Below, in pieces: positions 8,358 to 18,279 of a stretch of 64,000 bases of DNA. A model generated the notes under the pieces. That model was not told the origin of the DNA and did no database searches. It worked only from the letters and a program-made list of their open reading frames with translations. Position 1 is the stretch's first letter. Each line of letters opens with the position of its first letter. A program made the position numbers and the translations under genes. Source of the stretch: Gemmatimonadota bacterium. Its GTDB lineage: Bacteria; Gemmatimonadota; Gemmatimonadetes; JACCXV01; JAHWKZ01. The stretch spans positions 129,010 to 193,009 of the forward strand of contig DATLFH010000018.1 in assembly GCA_035524965.1 (NCBI GenBank). The letters are read 5' to 3'.

Positions 8358-11300
8358 GTGCCGCGCCGGGACGACATCGAGAAGATCCTCCTCATCGGCT
8401 CGGGCCCGATCGTCATCGGGCAGGCCTGCGAGTTCGACTACAGCGGGACCCAGGCCTGCCGCTCGCTGCGCGCCGAGGGGTACGAGGTGGCCCTGATCAA
8501 CTCGAACCCGGCCACGATCATGACCGATCCCGAGTCGGCGGATCAGGTCTACCTGGAGCCGCTGACGATCGAGATCTGCCAGGCGGTGATCGCGCGCGAG
8601 CGGCCCCAGGCGCTGCTGCCGACCCTGGGGGGCCAGACGGCGCTCAACCTGGCGCGCGAGCTCGCCCTGTCGGGGACGCTGGAGGAGTTCGGCGTCGAGC
8701 TGATCGGCGCGCGCCTGGAGGCGATCGAGCGCGCCGAGGACCGGGAGCGGTTCCACGCCCTCATGCTCGAGCACGGGATGGCGGTTCCCCGCGGCGGCTT
8801 CGCACGCACCCAGGAGGAGGCGCGCCGCGTGACGGCGATCACGGGCTTTCCGGTCATCATCCGGCCGGCGTTCACGCTGGGCGGCCTGGGGGGTGGTGTG
8901 GCGCAGACCGCCGAAGAGTTCGAGGAGCTGGCAGAGCGCGGCCTGCGCATCAGCCCGATCGGGGAGATCCTGGTCGAGGAATCGGTCCTCGGGTGGAAGG
9001 AGTTCGAGCTCGAGGTCATGCGCGATCGGGCCGATAACTGCGTGGTCGTATGCTCGATCGAGAACCTGGACCCGATGGGCGTCCACACCGGCGACTCGAT
9101 CACCGTCGCCCCCCAGCAGACGCTGACCGACCGCGAGTATCAGGCGATGCGCGACACGGCCTTTCGCGTGATCCGGGCGGTGGGGGTCGAGACCGGCGGA
9201 TCGAACATCCAGTTCGCGGTCGATCCCGCGACCGGCCGCCAGCTCGTCATCGAGATGAACCCCAGGGTCTCACGATCCAGCGCACTGGCCTCGAAGGCGA
9301 CCGGCTTTCCGATCGCCAAGATCGCGGCCAAACTGGCGGTCGGCTACACTCTCGACGAGATCACCAACGATATCACCGGCGATACGCCGGCCTCCTTCGA
9401 GCCGACAATCGATTACGTCGTCGTCAAGATCCCGCGCTTCGACTTCGCCAAGTTCCCCTCGGCCGATCGACGGCTGACGACCGCGATGAAGTCGGTCGGA
9501 GAGACGATGGCGATCGGCCGCACGTTCGGAGAGGCGCTTCAGAAGGGGCTGCGGGGGCTCGAGATGAATGCCGTCGGGCTCTTCGAGCGCGGTCCCGAGG
9601 CGCTCGCGGACGCCGATCTAGCGGAACGCCTCGAGACGCCGGTCCCGGAACGCATCTTCCTGGTCGCCGAGGCGCTCTCGCGCGGATGGACGATCGAGCG
9701 ACTCCGGGTCGCGACCGGCATCGATCCGTGGTTTCTGCACCGCATCGAGGACCTGGCGCGCCTGGAGGACGCCGAGAGGGGGACGGCGTTCGAGGAGATG
9801 GCGCCCGCCACGCTCCGCCGGCTGAAGGCCGCGGGCTTTTCCGACGCACATCTGGCGCGGCGATGGAAGCTGGGCGAGACGGCGGTCCGCGCGCGCCGCG
9901 AGGCACTCGGCATACGGCCGGCGTTCAAGGTCGTGGACACCTGCGGAGGCGAGTTCGCCGCCCGGACGCCGTACTTCTATTCGACCTACGACGAAGAGAA
10001 TGAAGCCTATTCCCTGGCGGGGCCCAAGACGGTCATCCTGGGGGGCGGACCCAACCGCATCGGCCAGGGGATCGAGTTCGACACCTGCTGCGTTCAGGCC
10101 GCGTACGCGCTGCGCGAGATCGGCCACTCGGTCGTGATGGTGAACTGCAACCCGGAGACCGTCTCCACCGATTACGATGTCTCGGACCGCCTGTATTTCG
10201 AGCCGCTCACGTACGAGGACGTATCCGCGATCCTCGAGATCGAGCGGCCCGACGGCGTCCTCGTTCAGTACGGCGGGCAGACGCCGCTGAAGCTGACCCG
10301 CCGGCTGGCGGCGGCCGGGGTTCCCATCGTGGGCACCGCGCCGGACTCGATCGATCGCTGCGAGGACCGCGATCGCTTCGCGCGGCTTCTCGCCCATCTC
10401 GGGCTCGCCCAGCCCCGGTCTGGGATCGCGCGCGACGCCGACGAGGCCCTGCGCGAAGCCGAGTGGGTCGGCTACCCGGTTCTGCTCAGGCCCTCCTATG
10501 TGCTCGGCGGCCGCGGCATGGTCGTCGTCCGCGACGCAACCGCGCTGAAACGGCACCTTGGGGAAGCGCGGTACGCCTTCGAAGAGGGTCCGCTTCTGAT
10601 CGACGAGTTCCTCGAGGGGGCGGTCGAGTTCGACGTCGACGTGATCGCCGACGGCGCGCGGGCCGTGATCGGTGGCGTGATGCAGCACATCGAGGAGGCG
10701 GGCATCCACTCCGGGGACTCGACCTGCATCCTCCCGCCTCACGACCTCGAGCCCGGAACCGAGCGCGAGCTGCGCGAGCAGGCGCGCCGGCTCGCGCTCG
10801 AGCTCGGGGTGAGGGGGCTCATGAACGTCCAGTTCGCGGTCAAGGACGGCCGTGTCTACGTGCTCGAGGTCAACCCCCGCGCCTCGCGCACGATCCCCTT
10901 CGTCAGCAAGGCGACCGGGGTGCCCCTGGCGAAGCTGGGCGCGCAGGTCATGGTCGGCCGCACGCTGGCCGAGGTCGGTCTGGAGTCCGATCCGGAGCCG
11001 CTCGCGGTCGCGGTCAAGGCGCCGGTCTTCCCGTTCGACCGGCTTCCCGGCGCGGATCCCGTGCTGGGCCCGGAGATGCTTTCGACGGGCGAAGTGATCG
11101 GTCTCGCCGCGGACGCACCGACGGCGTACCTCAAGGCGTTGCGCGGGGCCGGGGTCGATCTCGGCGCGGCGGTTTCCCGCGGCGTTCTCTTCTCGCTCAA
11201 CGACCGCGACAAGCCGGCCGGGGCGGACGTCGCCGCGCAACTGAAGAGTAGGGGGGTCGCGATCCACGCGACGCGCGGCACCCGCGAGCACTTTCTTCGC

Positions 11301-11591
11301 TCCGGGGTCGATGCCGCGCTCGTCCTCAAGGTCGGCGAGGGCGAGCCGGACGCCGCCCAGCTCATCCGGTCGGGGGGCGTCGGGCTCGTGATCAACACGC
11401 CGCTCGGAAGGAGCGCCCCCTACGAGGAGTTCGCGTTGCGGCGCGCGGCGCTCGTCTCCGGGGTGCCCTGCATCACGACGATCTCCGCGGCACGCTTTGG
11501 CGTTCAGGCGCTCGCGGGCGCTGACTCGGCGCCCGCGGTGCGCAGCCTCCAGCGGTGGGCGGCCCGGCATCGGGCCCGATCCGTGCCATGA
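8358..11591 (+). CDS. carB: Carbamoyl-phosphate synthase large subunit
   Basis: The 1077-aa product has duplicated ATP-grasp halves ([14 protein letters not shown]... and [14 protein letters not shown]...) and an MGS-like C-terminal domain. Confidence 0.95.
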   Translation: MPRRDDIEKILLIGSGPIVIGQACEFDYSGTQACRSLRAEGYEVALINSNPATIMTDPESADQVYLEPLTIEICQAVIARERPQALLPTLGGQTALNLARELALSGTLEEFGVELIGARLEAIERAEDRERFHALMLEHGMAVPRGGFARTQEEARRVTAITGFPVIIRPAFTLGGLGGGVAQTAEEFEELAERGLRISPIGEILVEESVLGWKEFELEVMRDRADNCVVVCSIENLDPMGVHTGDSITVAPQQTLTDREYQAMRDTAFRVIRAVGVETGGSNIQFAVDPATGRQLVIEMNPRVSRSSALASKATGFPIAKIAAKLAVGYTLDEITNDITGDTPASFEPTIDYVVVKIPRFDFAKFPSADRRLTTAMKSVGETMAIGRTFGEALQKGLRGLEMNAVGLFERGPEALADADLAERLETPVPERIFLVAEALSRGWTIERLRVATGIDPWFLHRIEDLARLEDAERGTAFEEMAPATLRRLKAAGFSDAHLARRWKLGETAVRARREALGIRPAFKVVDTCGGEFAARTPYFYSTYDEENEAYSLAGPKTVILGGGPNRIGQGIEFDTCCVQAAYALREIGHSVVMVNCNPETVSTDYDVSDRLYFEPLTYEDVSAILEIERPDGVLVQYGGQTPLKLTRRLAAAGVPIVGTAPDSIDRCEDRDRFARLLAHLGLAQPRSGIARDADEALREAEWVGYPVLLRPSYVLGGRGMVVVRDATALKRHLGEARYAFEEGPLLIDEFLEGAVEFDVDVIADGARAVIGGVMQHIEEAGIHSGDSTCILPPHDLEPGTERELREQARRLALELGVRGLMNVQFAVKDGRVYVLEVNPRASRTIPFVSKATGVPLAKLGAQVMVGRTLAEVGLESDPEPLAVAVKAPVFPFDRLPGADPVLGPEMLSTGEVIGLAADAPTAYLKALRGAGVDLGAAVSRGVLFSLNDRDKPAGADVAAQLKSRGVAIHATRGTREHFLRSGVDAALVLKVGEGEPDAAQLIRSGGVGLVINTPLGRSAPYEEFALRRAALVSGVPCITTISAARFGVQALAGADSAPAVRSLQRWAARHRARSVP

Positions 11592-11739
11592 GTGCGCCCA
11601 CCGGATATACTGTCTCCCGCCGAGTTGACAACCCCTTGCGCCCGTTTATCTTACCGGGCGCAAACCGCGACCGGTTCCAGCGCGGAGCCTTTCATCACGA
11701 CGCGATTTTCGACGGCGTATGACAGGAGAGAGGAGCACG

Positions 11740-12048
11740 ATGACGAAAGCAGATCTGGTCGAGCAGATCGCCGAGGCGACCGGGCTCACCAAGAAGGACA
11801 CCGCCGTCGTCGTCGACGGTTTCCTCGAGGCGGTCAAGCAGGCGCTGGCACGCGAGAACAACATCGAGATCCGCGGCTTCGGCTCCTTCAAGGTCAAGCG
11901 CCGCCGGGCGCGCAAGGCGCGGAACCCGCGCACCGGCGAGGCGGTCCAGGTTCCCGGGCGGCTGGTGCCCACGTTCAAGCCGTCGAAGGAGCTGAAGGAA
12001 GTGGTGATGCAGGGCCAGGGACAGGTTCAGGGCCTGCCGGCGATGTAG
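11740..12048 (+). CDS. HU/IHF-family DNA-binding protein
   Basis: AGGAG RBS precedes ATG 11740. The product MTKADLVEQIAEATGLTKKD...RNPRTGEAVQVPGRLVPTFKPSKELKE is a classic HU/IHF fold. Confidence 0.85.
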   Translation: MTKADLVEQIAEATGLTKKDTAVVVDGFLEAVKQALARENNIEIRGFGSFKVKRRRARKARNPRTGEAVQVPGRLVPTFKPSKELKEVVMQGQGQVQGLPAM

Positions 12049-12133
12049 GCGCTGCGCGCCGTGGGAGTCGGCGAATGCGAGTCGCCGTATTCCGCGAAAC
12101 CGCTTAAATTCTCCTTCTCGCCGTCATGCTCGT

Positions 12134-12210
12134 GCGCCCGTAGCTCAGCTGGATAGAGCGGCAGCCTCCGGAGCTGTAGGTCAGGGGTTCGAATCCCTTC
12201 GGGCGCACCA
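12134..12210 (+). tRNA. tRNA-Arg (anticodon CCG)
   Basis: A cloverleaf was folded by hand: acceptor GCGCCCG/CGGGCGC, anticodon loop CTCCGGA, T-loop TTCGAAT, and an encoded CCA. Confidence 0.85.
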
Positions 12211-12386
12211 CACTGACATCTTATCTGGTTTTCGTGAACGGCCTTCGACTGGCCGGTCGCGGCTTGATGATCATCCTGCGACCCATGCCGGTTCGCCCAC
12301 TGGCGGTCCACGGCCTCTTCGCGCATCTTCGGTCTGCTCCCGGAACAACCCTGGTTCCACCAGAGAAAACTCTATAGGAGGGCCGC

Positions 12387-12812
12387 ATGAGAGCTAGCCT
12401 TTTGGGCATCGGGCTCGTTCTGGCCGGAGTTGCGCTCGCCCCCACAGCGGAAGCGCAGGAATCTCCCCAACCGGGCACCATCGTTGTCAGCTACTTCAAG
12501 TGTTCCTTCGCCGATCTCGACGAGGCGGTCGCCATGATCAACGCCGAGCCGCGCGAGGTCGCGCAGGCACTCGTCGCGGAGGGTAGACTGATCGATCACG
12601 GGATCCTGACGCATGCCTGGGGAGATGAGTGGAACCTCATCCAGTACTTCGTTGCCGCTGACCTGGAGAGCTTTCACGCGGCGTGGGGGGAATGGGCGCG
12701 CAGGATGGATGAGCAGGATCCCGACGGTGAGATGAGCGATCGCTTCTTCGGTCTCTGCCCGGAGCACAAGGACAACATCTACGATGTCGTGGGCCCGCCC
12801 GACGGAATGTGA
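12387..12812 (+). CDS. Secreted hypothetical protein
   Basis: A signal peptide MRASLLGIGLVLAGVALAPTAEA is present. No recognisable domain was found, and GC is slightly below the local average. Confidence 0.5.
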   Translation: MRASLLGIGLVLAGVALAPTAEAQESPQPGTIVVSYFKCSFADLDEAVAMINAEPREVAQALVAEGRLIDHGILTHAWGDEWNLIQYFVAADLESFHAAWGEWARRMDEQDPDGEMSDRFFGLCPEHKDNIYDVVGPPDGM

Positions 12813-12911
12813 CGCCCCCGAAGCCCTGACTCACAAGAAAGCCCCCCGGCCGCAATGGAGCCGGGGGCTTTCCAGCGCGGCCTCGACCGGGCCGCCCGCA
12901 TACCTCTGCCG

Positions 12912-15188
12912 CTACGAGATCGGGCGCTCCTCCTCGGGCCGCACGAGCTTCATCGTCCACAACCCGGAGTTGTAGTCGGTGACGAACCAGACATCGCCGA
13001 CCGGCTGCCACCCGTTCTCGAACATCGGGAAGACGCCCCACACCATCGGCGCGTAAGGGAGCATCGCGTCGTCGGGGCCGGACTGCGGCAGGAAGTGCGC
13101 GATCTCGCGGCCCTGGCGGTAGAGGTCTCCGCGGAGCTTGCCGGTGACATCCACGGCGCGCAGCCCGGCCTGATAGTAGCCGACGTACATCACGCCGTCC
13201 TTGACCCACAGGTTGTGCGCCCCCGCTTCGGGAACCTCGTATCGGGCGGCGTACCACGGGTTCTCGGGATCGCTGATGTCGATCACGTGGACCTCGCCCC
13301 GCGGGTTGGCGGAAAGCCCCGCCGGCAGCGCGGGCTTGGTGCCCTGCAGGCTGAAGTCCTCGTCGCCGACGAACAGGTAGTCCCCGTAGCGGAACGCGTT
13401 GTGGGTCGGACCGTCGGGGTAGAAGATCCGCGAGAGCATCACCGGCTTCTCCGGCGTCCCGCCCTTGCCGCCGCCGCCGATGTCGAGAATGACGAGCCCG
13501 TCCATCATGTACGACATCCAGACGAAGCCGTCCTGGACCCAGATGTCGTGCAGCGACTTGCCTACGACCGGCAGCCCCCAGCGTCCGATCTCCTTCGGAT
13601 CGTACGGGTCGCTCACGTCGATGATGTTCATGTCGCCGGTGCCGTCGTTCGTCAGGTAGAGGATCGAGTCGGTGGCCCAGAAGACGTTGTGGACGCCCGA
13701 CGTCACCGTCTCGGTGTACTCGCTGATCGCCTCGGGATGGGCCGGGTCCTCGAGCGAATAGAGGACGATGCCGTTCCGCCGGTTCGCGGCTCCCTCACGG
13801 GTCGCCGCGAGCCACTTGCCGTTACGCGACACCTTGACGCTGTTGATCACGCGCGCATCGACGGTGACCGAGTCCGTCAGCACCGGGCTGGCCGGATCGG
13901 AGACATCGTAGGTCCGGATCTGGTTCGCCTGATGGGTGCCGAGATAGACGTAGCTGTTCTGGGGCCAGATGTCGGCCGTGAACAGGTCGGGGTTCGTCCC
14001 CCGGCCGACGACGTGAAAGCGCCCCGGCACCTCGCGCGGCTCGACCTCGATCCGACTCGTCGCGACGCGATCGCCGAGCGTGCCGACGATCGTGTACGCG
14101 CCCGGCTTCTCGGCGACGAAGTCGCTCGCCGCGTGGACGGCGGCGCCCGATCCTACCACCGACCACGCCGGCCGGGCGTCGGCGACCGTCGTCCCGAGCG
14201 TCACGACGTCACCCGTGCGGACCGGACCCTCCGGCACGCCGGTGATCGCGAAGCCCTGGCCTGCGGCCACGACCTCGATCGCGTACTCCTCGCTCGCCTG
14301 GCCGCTGGCGACCGTGACCGTCGCGCGACCCGGCGCGACCGCTACCAGGGTCTCCCCCTCGATCGCGAGGACCGAGGGAGCGGTCGAGGTGATCTCGAGG
14401 TCGGGTTCGAACTCCCAGCGGTGGATCGCGTTCAGGCCGTGGACCTCGAGCGGCACCCGGCTCCCGACCGCCAGCCGCGCGGGAACGTCCGTGTAGACCG
14501 CCAGCGAGGCGATCTCGGGCTCCGCGACCGTGACCGTCGTCGTCGCGACCGCCTTTCCGTCGACCAGGGCGATCACCATGCGCTCACCAGCGTTCAGCCC
14601 CACGAACTCGCCCGCCTCGGTGATCGAGCCGCCCATCGCGAACCACTTGACCTCGGGGCTCGTCACCTCGGCGCCGGAATCGTTGAAGACGCGGGCGACG
14701 AACGCCCGGCGCTCACCGGACTTCAGGCTCACGTCCCCGGGCACGATCTCGACCCGCGAGATGCCGGGCCCGCGGGACAGATCCCCCGATCCGGGGGACA
14801 GGTCCGTTGCCTGCCCAACCGGCACGAGCGCCACCGGCACGGCTCCGCGTTCGTCGCCCATCTCGACGAACAGATAGCCGGCGAAGGCGTCGCCTTCGCG
14901 GACGCCCACGAAGCGGGCCGGGCCGAAGGGCGTGCTCATCTGCATCGACATCCGGTCGGCGGACACCTCGCTCCCGGTGACCGTGATCATGACCTCCGGC
15001 CCTTCAGGAGAGATGATCCGGTCGGCCTCGATCCGGAGCGGGATCGGGGGCGCGTTGATCCCCTGGCCGACGAGCTGATAGGCGGTGAAGCCGGGCGGTA
15101 TGGCAGGCGTCTCCTCCTGCCCCGCGGCGGGAGCACCGAAAGCCAGGCCGGTGGCCAGGACGAGCGCGTGAAGGGCGAAGCTCCGCAT
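12912..15188 (-). CDS. Secreted BIG2 (bacterial Ig-like) + LVIVD-repeat beta-propeller protein
   Basis: The start is taken at MRSFALHALVLATGLAFGAPAAGQ (signal peptide). The N-terminal half has Ig-like repeats, and the C-terminal half has LVIVD-type repeats (DGLVILDI, LRAVDV, IIDVSDP). Confidence 0.7.
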   Translation of the reverse strand: MRSFALHALVLATGLAFGAPAAGQEETPAIPPGFTAYQLVGQGINAPPIPLRIEADRIISPEGPEVMITVTGSEVSADRMSMQMSTPFGPARFVGVREGDAFAGYLFVEMGDERGAVPVALVPVGQATDLSPGSGDLSRGPGISRVEIVPGDVSLKSGERRAFVARVFNDSGAEVTSPEVKWFAMGGSITEAGEFVGLNAGERMVIALVDGKAVATTTVTVAEPEIASLAVYTDVPARLAVGSRVPLEVHGLNAIHRWEFEPDLEITSTAPSVLAIEGETLVAVAPGRATVTVASGQASEEYAIEVVAAGQGFAITGVPEGPVRTGDVVTLGTTVADARPAWSVVGSGAAVHAASDFVAEKPGAYTIVGTLGDRVATSRIEVEPREVPGRFHVVGRGTNPDLFTADIWPQNSYVYLGTHQANQIRTYDVSDPASPVLTDSVTVDARVINSVKVSRNGKWLAATREGAANRRNGIVLYSLEDPAHPEAISEYTETVTSGVHNVFWATDSILYLTNDGTGDMNIIDVSDPYDPKEIGRWGLPVVGKSLHDIWVQDGFVWMSYMMDGLVILDIGGGGKGGTPEKPVMLSRIFYPDGPTHNAFRYGDYLFVGDEDFSLQGTKPALPAGLSANPRGEVHVIDISDPENPWYAARYEVPEAGAHNLWVKDGVMYVGYYQAGLRAVDVTGKLRGDLYRQGREIAHFLPQSGPDDAMLPYAPMVWGVFPMFENGWQPVGDVWFVTDYNSGLWTMKLVRPEEERPIS

Positions 15189-15387
15189 GCTGGTTCCCCT
15201 GCTGGTGGTTGAGGATCGAACGATGCTTTGAAGGGAGTACGGAATCGGTTCGAGCGCGTTCAAGATATCCAGCGCCGGCCGGGCGTCGAGCGAGCGATCC
15301 CGATCGCGCACCCGCTACCCCCGGCAGGTGGCGCAGGCCGCCAGGCTGGAGACATTCTCGGGAACCCGTTCATCGAAGGAGGCTCAC

Positions 15388-15837
15388 ATGCGCAACACGA
15401 GGGGAATCCTAACCGTCGTCCTCGCAACCACCCTGTCGGGCTGGGCGATGGGTTGCGGGGAAGCGGTCGAGGAGGCCGTCGAAGAGACGGTTGAGGAGAT
15501 CGACGAGGTGACGGGCGTGGACACGCCGGAGGGGCCCGGTGAAGCCGGTCCCGCGCCGCAGCGCGTCGTCGTCGGGGCGCGGTCGTACGGCTACGAGCCG
15601 AGCGTGATCACGGTCGTGCGCGACACGCCGGTGTGGTTCGTGGTCGTCAATCAGGCCGACATCGTGCACGGCTTCGAGGTCGAGGGCCACGGCCTGGAGG
15701 AAGAGATCGCCGAGATCGCGCCCGGCGCGACGGACAGCCTGATGGTCACCTTCGACGAGCCGGGGGAGTACACGATCTACTGCCCGGTGGGCGACCACGA
15801 GGAGCGCGGCATGACGGGGAGATTGACGGTCGAGTAG
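15388..15837 (+). CDS. Cupredoxin-like (type-1 blue copper) lipoprotein
   Basis: AGGAGG RBS and a lipobox (SGWAMGC) are present. T1-copper ligand spacing is H(GFEVEGH)...C-PVGD-H-EERG-M. Confidence 0.6.
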   Translation: MRNTRGILTVVLATTLSGWAMGCGEAVEEAVEETVEEIDEVTGVDTPEGPGEAGPAPQRVVVGARSYGYEPSVITVVRDTPVWFVVVNQADIVHGFEVEGHGLEEEIAEIAPGATDSLMVTFDEPGEYTIYCPVGDHEERGMTGRLTVE

Positions 15838-15841
15838 CTCC

Positions 15842-16762
15842 TTGCGGACGACCTTCCGCCTGGGATTCGTGGTCGCCCTGATCCCCGTCCTCTACGTGGG
15901 ATCGGCGGTCATATACTTCCCGGCCGTCCTCTGGCACCGGTACCACCCCCCGGGGGAGACCGCCCTGATGGAGATCCGCGGCCGTGAGGCCCGTGCCGAG
16001 GGTCGGGACTGGGACCCGCGTTACGAATGGGTCCCGATCACCCGGATCTCCCCTCATCTCGGGCGCGCGGTCCTGGCCGGCGAGGACAGCCGCTTCTACG
16101 AGCATCACGGATTCGACATCGAGCAGATTCGGGAAGCCTGGGAGGCGAGCCGCCGGGGAGCACGGCTCCGCGGAGCCTCGACGATCACCCAGCAGACCGC
16201 CAGGAACCTCTACCTCTCGCCGTCCCGTAACATCCTCCGGAAGTCGCGCGAGGCGCTGCTGGCGGCGTGGATGGAGCTGTGGCTGCCCAAGGACCGGATC
16301 CTGGAGCTCTACCTGAACATCGTCGAGCTCGGGCCGGGGCTCTTCGGCGCCGAGGCGGCCGCCAGGGCCTACTTCGGGCGCTCCGCCGGTGGACTGACAC
16401 CCGACCAGGCGGCCCTGCTCGCGGCCACCTTGCCGGCGCCCCTCGCCCGTAACCCGGGCTCCCCCTCGCCGGGGTTGTACCGCAGGCAGTGGCTGATCCT
16501 CGCCCGGATGGATCGCTGGTACGGCGACCGGCCGCGGATCGCCCGGGAGGACCAGGCGCCCGCCGGGGAAGAGCGACCCTCCGCGGCGGAGGTGCCCGGG
16601 AGCGCCGGGGCGGGTGGCGAAACCGGGGCGTCACCCCCGGACACGCGGGCCGCCGAGCCGATCGATCTGCCGGCCGTCCTGGAGACGCCGGTCCCGGTGC
16701 CGGAGCCTCCGGCACAAGAGCCCGCGACACCGCAGCCGGCGCCGGACACCACCCGCGGATGA
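15842..16762 (+). CDS. mtgA: Monofunctional biosynthetic peptidoglycan transglycosylase
   Basis: It has an N-terminal TM segment and the GT51 motifs (EDSRFYEHHGFD, GASTITQQ). The C-terminus carries a roughly 90-aa Pro/Ala-rich tail. Confidence 0.8.
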   Translation: MRTTFRLGFVVALIPVLYVGSAVIYFPAVLWHRYHPPGETALMEIRGREARAEGRDWDPRYEWVPITRISPHLGRAVLAGEDSRFYEHHGFDIEQIREAWEASRRGARLRGASTITQQTARNLYLSPSRNILRKSREALLAAWMELWLPKDRILELYLNIVELGPGLFGAEAAARAYFGRSAGGLTPDQAALLAATLPAPLARNPGSPSPGLYRRQWLILARMDRWYGDRPRIAREDQAPAGEERPSAAEVPGSAGAGGETGASPPDTRAAEPIDLPAVLETPVPVPEPPAQEPATPQPAPDTTRG

Positions 16763-17268
16763 GCTCCCGGATCGACCCCCGCGCGCTCGTGATCGTCTCG
16801 TTCGCGGCGCTGACCGTCGGGTTCCTCGCCGGGTACGGGCTCGGGGTCCGCGGGGAAGGGAGCGATCCCGAGGCGCCCCATCCGGTCGGCGCGCAGGAGT
16901 ACGTCGATCTCGGGATGCGGGACCTTCAGGCGGGCGACTTCGAGTCCGCCGAGAGCCACTTTCGATCTGCCGCCCAGCTGAGACCCGAAGACCCGGTCCC
17001 CCGCGTGAACCTGGCCCTCGCCCTCCTCTACCAGCGCCGGTGGCGGGACGCGGATCGGGAGCTCGAGCTGGCCCGCCGGCGGGGTCGTGACCTGCCCGAG
17101 ATCCATTTCCTGGAGGGCCTCCTGGCGCGCGACGGTCTGGCCGACACCGTCCGCGCCAGGGCGGCCTGGCGTCGCTTCCTCGCCCTGGTGCCGGCCGACG
17201 CGCCGCAGGCCGGGATCGTGAGGGAGTTCCTGGACGCGATGGAACCGGTTGACGGAGAGAGCCCGTAG
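16759..17268 (+). CDS. TPR-repeat protein
   Basis: The ATG overlaps the mtgA stop (ATGA). It has an N-terminal TM segment and TPR-like helices. Confidence 0.55.
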   Translation: MSSRIDPRALVIVSFAALTVGFLAGYGLGVRGEGSDPEAPHPVGAQEYVDLGMRDLQAGDFESAESHFRSAAQLRPEDPVPRVNLALALLYQRRWRDADRELELARRRGRDLPEIHFLEGLLARDGLADTVRARAAWRRFLALVPADAPQAGIVREFLDAMEPVDGESP

Positions 17269-17283
17269 CATCATCTTGCCGGC

Positions 17284-18201
17284 GTGTTGAGACTGAGTCT
17301 CACAGTTCTCGACCTCCCCCTCCTGCTCGCCGGCGATCCCCTCGCCGCCTGGGCGGCCTTCCTTCAGTCGTTCGGGATCATCCTCCGCGAGGGGGTGGAG
17401 GCGCTCCTCATCTGCACCGCCCTCGCCGCGGCCGCGATCCGGCGGGGTGACGGTCGGGGACCGCGGCCGATCGCCTGGGGGGCGGCCGCCGCGATCCTCC
17501 TCAGCCTGGGCACCGCGTTCCTCGTAAGCCGCGTCATCGAGCTGTCGCCCGCCGACCAGGAGGCGATCGAAGGCGTGACGATGCTGCTCGCCGCGGCCGT
17601 CCTCTTCTACGTCTCCTACTGGCTTCTCTCCAAGCTCGAGGTCGCCCGCTGGATGAAGTACCTCCAGGAACGGGTCGAGGGCGCGGGGAGCCAGTGGGCG
17701 CTCGCCAGCGTGGCGTTCCTGGCGGTCTACCGGGAAGGGGTGGAGACGGTCCTGTTCTATCAGGCGCTGTCGGGAGTGGCCGAGGCAGTTCCGATCTGGG
17801 GCGGCCTCCTCGCCGGCTCGCTGGCGCTCGTCGTCCTCGGCATCGCCGTCCTCAGGTTCGGGCTGCGGCTGCCGATCAAGCCGCTGTTCGGGATCACCGG
17901 CGCGCTCCTTTACTCTCTCGCCGTGGTGTTCGCGGGACAGGGCGTGCACGAGCTCCAGGAGGCGAGGTGGATCTCGGAGACTCCTCTCGCCGGCCTGCCA
18001 CGGATCGGCGCCGTGGGGCTCTACCCGACCGTCGAGACGCTGATCGCGCAGGGTGTTTTCATCGTCCTCGCGCTGGCGGCCGGGGCGGTGCTGTGGAGTC
18101 GCCGCGGCCGGACGGTGGTCCCCGGGGCCAAGGCCGCGCGATCCGAGGCCGCGCGATCCGAGGCCGGTGCATCCGTTGCGGCGGCTGCACAGGAGATCTA
18201 A
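17284..18201 (+). CDS. FTR1-family high-affinity iron permease (EfeU-like)
   Basis: Two REGVE (RExxE) motifs and 7 TM segments are present. Confidence 0.8.
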   Translation: MLRLSLTVLDLPLLLAGDPLAAWAAFLQSFGIILREGVEALLICTALAAAAIRRGDGRGPRPIAWGAAAAILLSLGTAFLVSRVIELSPADQEAIEGVTMLLAAAVLFYVSYWLLSKLEVARWMKYLQERVEGAGSQWALASVAFLAVYREGVETVLFYQALSGVAEAVPIWGGLLAGSLALVVLGIAVLRFGLRLPIKPLFGITGALLYSLAVVFAGQGVHELQEARWISETPLAGLPRIGAVGLYPTVETLIAQGVFIVLALAAGAVLWSRRGRTVVPGAKAARSEAARSEAGASVAAAAQEI

Positions 18202-18279
18202 CTTCCCGACTACCGACCGAGACGAAGCGCGGGCCTGATCCGCCTCGCCAGCATCCCCGAAACCGGCTTCGACGACAGT

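Noticed and set aside
18202-18279. Possible SAM or cobalamin riboswitch upstream of metE
   Set aside because: The intergenic gap is only about 78 nt, which is too short for either aptamer, and no conserved riboswitch core motifs were seen.
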